Below, piece by piece: positions 59,801 to 64,000 of a DNA stretch of 64,000 nucleotides (the first letter of the stretch is position 1; every line of letters starts with the position of its first letter). The stretch covers positions 65,286,001 to 65,350,000 of the forward strand of contig OZ286466.1 of the NCBI GenBank assembly GCA_965644265.1, in the 5' to 3' direction. Under the pieces are notes generated by a model. It was not told the DNA's origin. It searched no databases and was given only the letters and a program-made list of their open reading frames with translations. A program made the position numbers and the translations under genes. The DNA is from Glycera tridactyla (taxonomy: Eukaryota).

Positions 59801-62800
59801 CAAGATGGAGGAACGAACCCGCCACGTTTGAAATGGACAGACTTCACCCGTTGGAGTATCATCCATGCATGGCGAGAACGATTTAGGTGCAGTCTCTCCC
59901 GGTTCTGAATTCATCATCATTGTTCTCAGTGGTGGCAGCGCTTTTGCTCAGATCGGTGACCAACCAAAATGGACACGATCCACTCTTCGAATCCCGACCT
60001 CTCCTGTCAGATAGATAACTAAGATCGGCACTTTTCACATTCGAAGCACCTACTTGTGGGGGTAAGTGAGTTGATATTTTGTACTATAACACTCCACTCC
60101 ACCTAAGTGTGGATGGGTACTTGGCTATAGGTAGCGATGGTAATTGTGAAGTGATCAGCCCGTGGAATCATCCCTGTGCTTGTACCCAGGGAGGCGAGAA
60201 AGACTCATTTATGTGAAGGTCTGCCAATTGTGAGGTCAGGGGAACTACCTACCAGACTGTAAACCAGTACATTGACCATAGTGAATACTCCATGTCATTA
60301 CAACTGGGTTTGTACCCAGTGAGATGAGTGCGGCTGATGGTCCAAAATGCCTGCCAAGAAATGTACTCGTAAAGTCAGGTGAAATTCTCAGAGATACCAG
60401 TACTACGGAAGTATTGCGGTCGATATGAGGAATGGGTGATGAATCCACTTAAAACCCACACCAGCACAGATATATGTGATGCTGTTCGGCTTTATTGACC
60501 AGGGATCTGACCTTAAATGCGAGCTGGCACTGGGGCTTATTGCATTCATTAGAGAACCATCAGTGGCTCTCATACTGCAAACTTATATTGGCTTGACATG
60601 CAAGGATCATTGACGTACCCTAGCTCACACCATCCAGCGCACATTTCATTTCATCTCTAATCACGATGTCGCTACATATTTCTATGCATCTACTTCGAGT
60701 GGAAGTAGATGACAGTAGATGACACGTCCTCTTCGTTACCATGAACATATTGAACCTGAATATGGCAATTATGACTATGTTACTGGCTTGAAGTTTACAT
60801 TAAATATAATCATTTGGGATGATTCAAGCAATTAGCAATTAGGCAATCTTGTCCCGGTATTTTTGATCTCGATATACCATGTGGCCGGAAGTATCAGCCA
60901 TGGCCAATTACGCTGTGACTCTCATTATGATCAGTAGTGTTTCGCATGTTGCACCGTGATCATTATTATATTGCTACTACTATTATTTTTTCATGACCAT
61001 CATTATCATTGATACCACTCATGCCTATATGAATAACGACGATGGTTTTTGAACTGCATAAGCAAGCAATACGTTATACTGGCGTATCACCTGATCATCA
61101 CACAGGCATATCAATTGCTCAGTTTCTCAAGAATATATTGAATATCTTGTATCGTTATACATAACAAGTATCTCGTTAACGAGAATAAAAGTATCTCAAC
61201 TTAACTCAACTCAACTCATACGATCCATCAGGTCGATTACGATCGCAACATTGTACCTTGAATCATTTGTACCTTTATTGTGAAATAGAAGGAGTTCTCA
61301 TCTTATCTTTCACAAGTTCTAATCAGCCATTCTTTTAATGCACACCTCTCCTCTTCGACGTTATTTTCACAGAAATACAACTTTCCACTGAGGAGAGTTC
61401 CGGCTGCCGGGGAACACGCCAACCTCATTGCATTACTTCCGCTATATGTGTTCTTAGAAGAGTTACTCACCATCAAATCAATACTAAATAGTTATAATTA
61501 CTCCTGGCGGAGTTGTCTTAGCGCAACCATTCGTACTTATACAATGTGTCCTAGTTCAGGGAACATGGAATGGCGTTGGGAAATCTGAATCCATGTAAAT
61601 GAATTGATTTACGCCAGTGTTGTTTTCCATCACTTCCGACTTTTCTTCATCTTTCCTCGAAATCAACTTCACTTATACCAGTGGCGGTTTTCACTTTTCG
61701 AAAGTACTTTCCCCACTATCTTACTCTTGGGCTAACATTGTGGTAGGCGGATGTGCAGTCCCTCCTCCCAAGTTTTTCAACTAACATTCAATTTACTGCA
61801 GCGCAGAGAAATCGATACCAACTAAGAGGATGTTAAGGATTTACAATTTGTTGAAACGGATCCCCGATACTGATGTTCTCAGACGTATGTCAACATTGGT
61901 AAGCATCCTGATTTTGTGATTGTCAAAATGAAGATGACTGCTGGTGTGTGTTTATCGTGAGAGTACTGTCATGGTTGTTCATGGCAATGTGCTCATCAAA
62001 CCGGACGTATGAGATACCGCTGCCACCATGGCGCAACATTGTCCCGCCAGATTCCGTAATCACCCATCAATGCTTCCGGTATGTTCTATTGGTCTCGTAT
62101 TCCATGAGAGTATTGTATTACATTATTAAATAAACTGCTGGTGACATCATATATCATGTAAGGTTACAGGCCCCCCCCCCCTATTCACACAGGATATGGA
62201 GCACTTTCTGGCATATGTTTGTCCATCCCTACATCGCATTCGATGATTCCTTAGAATGCACATGAGTTATATGTGCCCGAATGGTGGATAATAGGTGTCA
62301 GAATGTCCAGGGAGAGGAAAAAGATTATGTGACGAATGGCCTCAAATTTCACGTTTCCTCAATTGAGTTAATGTGCCTGGATGGTAGATAATATTTCCCT
62401 CTGTTATATATCAGGCCCTCAACATCTATGTTAGGTGCCTGAATGTTCAGGGAGAGGAGAGGTTCATGTGGGGAATGGCAAGTCAAATTCGACGGAGAGG
62501 TATATACATTCACTGGATCGGTTTTCTTCGATATTGACGGGGTGAATTGAATTGTTCCACTCTAATGGAAGTACGTACCATTCCAAATCGACATGACTAT
62601 AGAGGAAAACCTGCGCCAAAGACCAACCATCCGAAGAGACTACTTTCTCACCATGTTCTTACGCATTTCCCTGATCAGGAGCATTACTGTCATTCTGACC
62701 TTGTCAGGTGATTCTGCTTGACGATTTGATTCCTGGCTCCTCATCAGTTCGGGTTCAGGGTGCGAGAGAGAGAAAGAGAGAGAAGTATACTCGCAGAAGA

Positions 62801-63517
62801 CGAGAGCAACCAACTCCTATGATTGAGGAACACATGCCATAGACAATCATCGCGGATGATTCATCCAGTTGCACTTCAACCATCCAAGAAACCAACCACC
62901 CAACCACTTTCACACACATATGTGGTCATCACATATTCGTATAAAAGAACGGGAGACAGGTCCACATGTATGAGATATGCCAGATGAGGTCAATAGATTC
63001 GGAAAACTCCCAATTTACAACAGATTTTGCCATAAATTGAATTTTGAGAAATATGTTCAAATATGATATATCAGGGGTTGAACGGAGATCAGCTGATTCG
63101 TCCATCATATACATATAATCTTTATCAGCGCAACTCCGTTGGGGCGAACGTGTTTTGAGTTAATTGCGCTATCCTGAGACGTCAAGAAATAACACCCGAT
63201 TAATCCTCAAGCTATCAGTTGGCAGGTTGGGAATTGGCATCACATTTTTGTCAGATGCTATAGAATGTGTAACACACCTGATGCACAGGTTGATGAATAA
63301 GCAATCGTGTCCTGTCATCATTTGAATGTGATGAGTTCATGGCATGCGGAGAATATAGGTCACAGTTCTACTCTGGCAACCATTAACAGACAAGGCAACC
63401 TCGGTTCCCTTCATCCAAATGTGACGATCACGTTTCACACGCTTATGTCATTTTTTATCGAATTCGAGAATCAATGATGATAATTAAAATAATAATGATA
63501 ATGAATATAACGAAGAT

Positions 63518-63650
63518 NNNNNNNNNNNNNNNNNNNNNNNNNNNNNNNNNNNNNNNNNNNNNNNNNNNNNNNNNNNNNNNNNNNNNNNNNNNNNNNNNNN
63601 NNNNNNNNNNNNNNNNNNNNNNNNNNNNNNNNNNNNNNNNNNNNNNNNNN
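63518..63650. other. Assembly gap flanked by (AAT/GAT)n
   Basis: Run of N. Confidence 0.99.
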
Positions 63651-64000
63651 ATATCAATAATGATAATAATAATAACAATGAAAAAATGAAGAACGTCCCC
63701 GTTCACCAAGACGCACTCTCGTCAACTTTACCGGATCATCCAAACTAATTTCAATCTTATATGGTCAATGCCAAAACTACGTGGATAGTGAAAGTATGGG
63801 AGCGATCTCTCTATTCCCCTCTTTCCCCCTTTCTGACACGTCACATAATCTGTCTTATTTGCTTTGCTTTTATTTGGTTGCTTGTGATTAGGACAATTAT
63901 AACAATCTGAATCCTGTGCTCATGCCTACCCAGGACTTCCCAGGGCTTCTGTGCACAGAATCCTTTCTAGACCAGAATTTGTATTTGGACTCGGTGTATG

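Noticed and set aside
59720-59920. 66-aa ORF as the first exon of a minus-strand gene
   Set aside because: It ends in its own stop, with no recognisable domain or supporting downstream exons.

Overview
Animal (eukaryotic) genomic DNA from a gapped assembly: 9 N-gaps, spliceosomal introns, many microsatellites and decayed transposons. The repeat style looks lophotrochozoan, but that is inference. The only intact protein-coding genes I can support are two tandem, same-strand, two-coding-exon class A (rhodopsin-like) GPCR paralogues of the FMRFamide/sex-peptide-receptor-like type: join(4248..4934,5948..6328), 355 aa, and join(16197..16880,17377..17742), 349 aa. Both have almost no N-terminal ectodomain, a neutral residue in the DRY motif (CRY / NRY), no TM3-ECL2 cysteine pair, and a conserved Cys5 plus ECL3 Cys that could form an alternative disulfide. 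This is the best candidate for something biologically new here. The rest is repeat landscape: three minisatellite arrays (61, 73 and 74-122 bp units, the last apparently recording its own origin), a 5'-truncated CR1/L2-group LINE, several decayed RT fragments, a tRNA-derived SINE, a 5-copy SINE-like family, TA-flanked MITEs, a long-TIR element carrying RFX-type X-boxes, and three long foldback palindromes. I found no CRISPR array, rRNA or genuine tRNA gene. All alignments and counts were done by eye; no database was searched.
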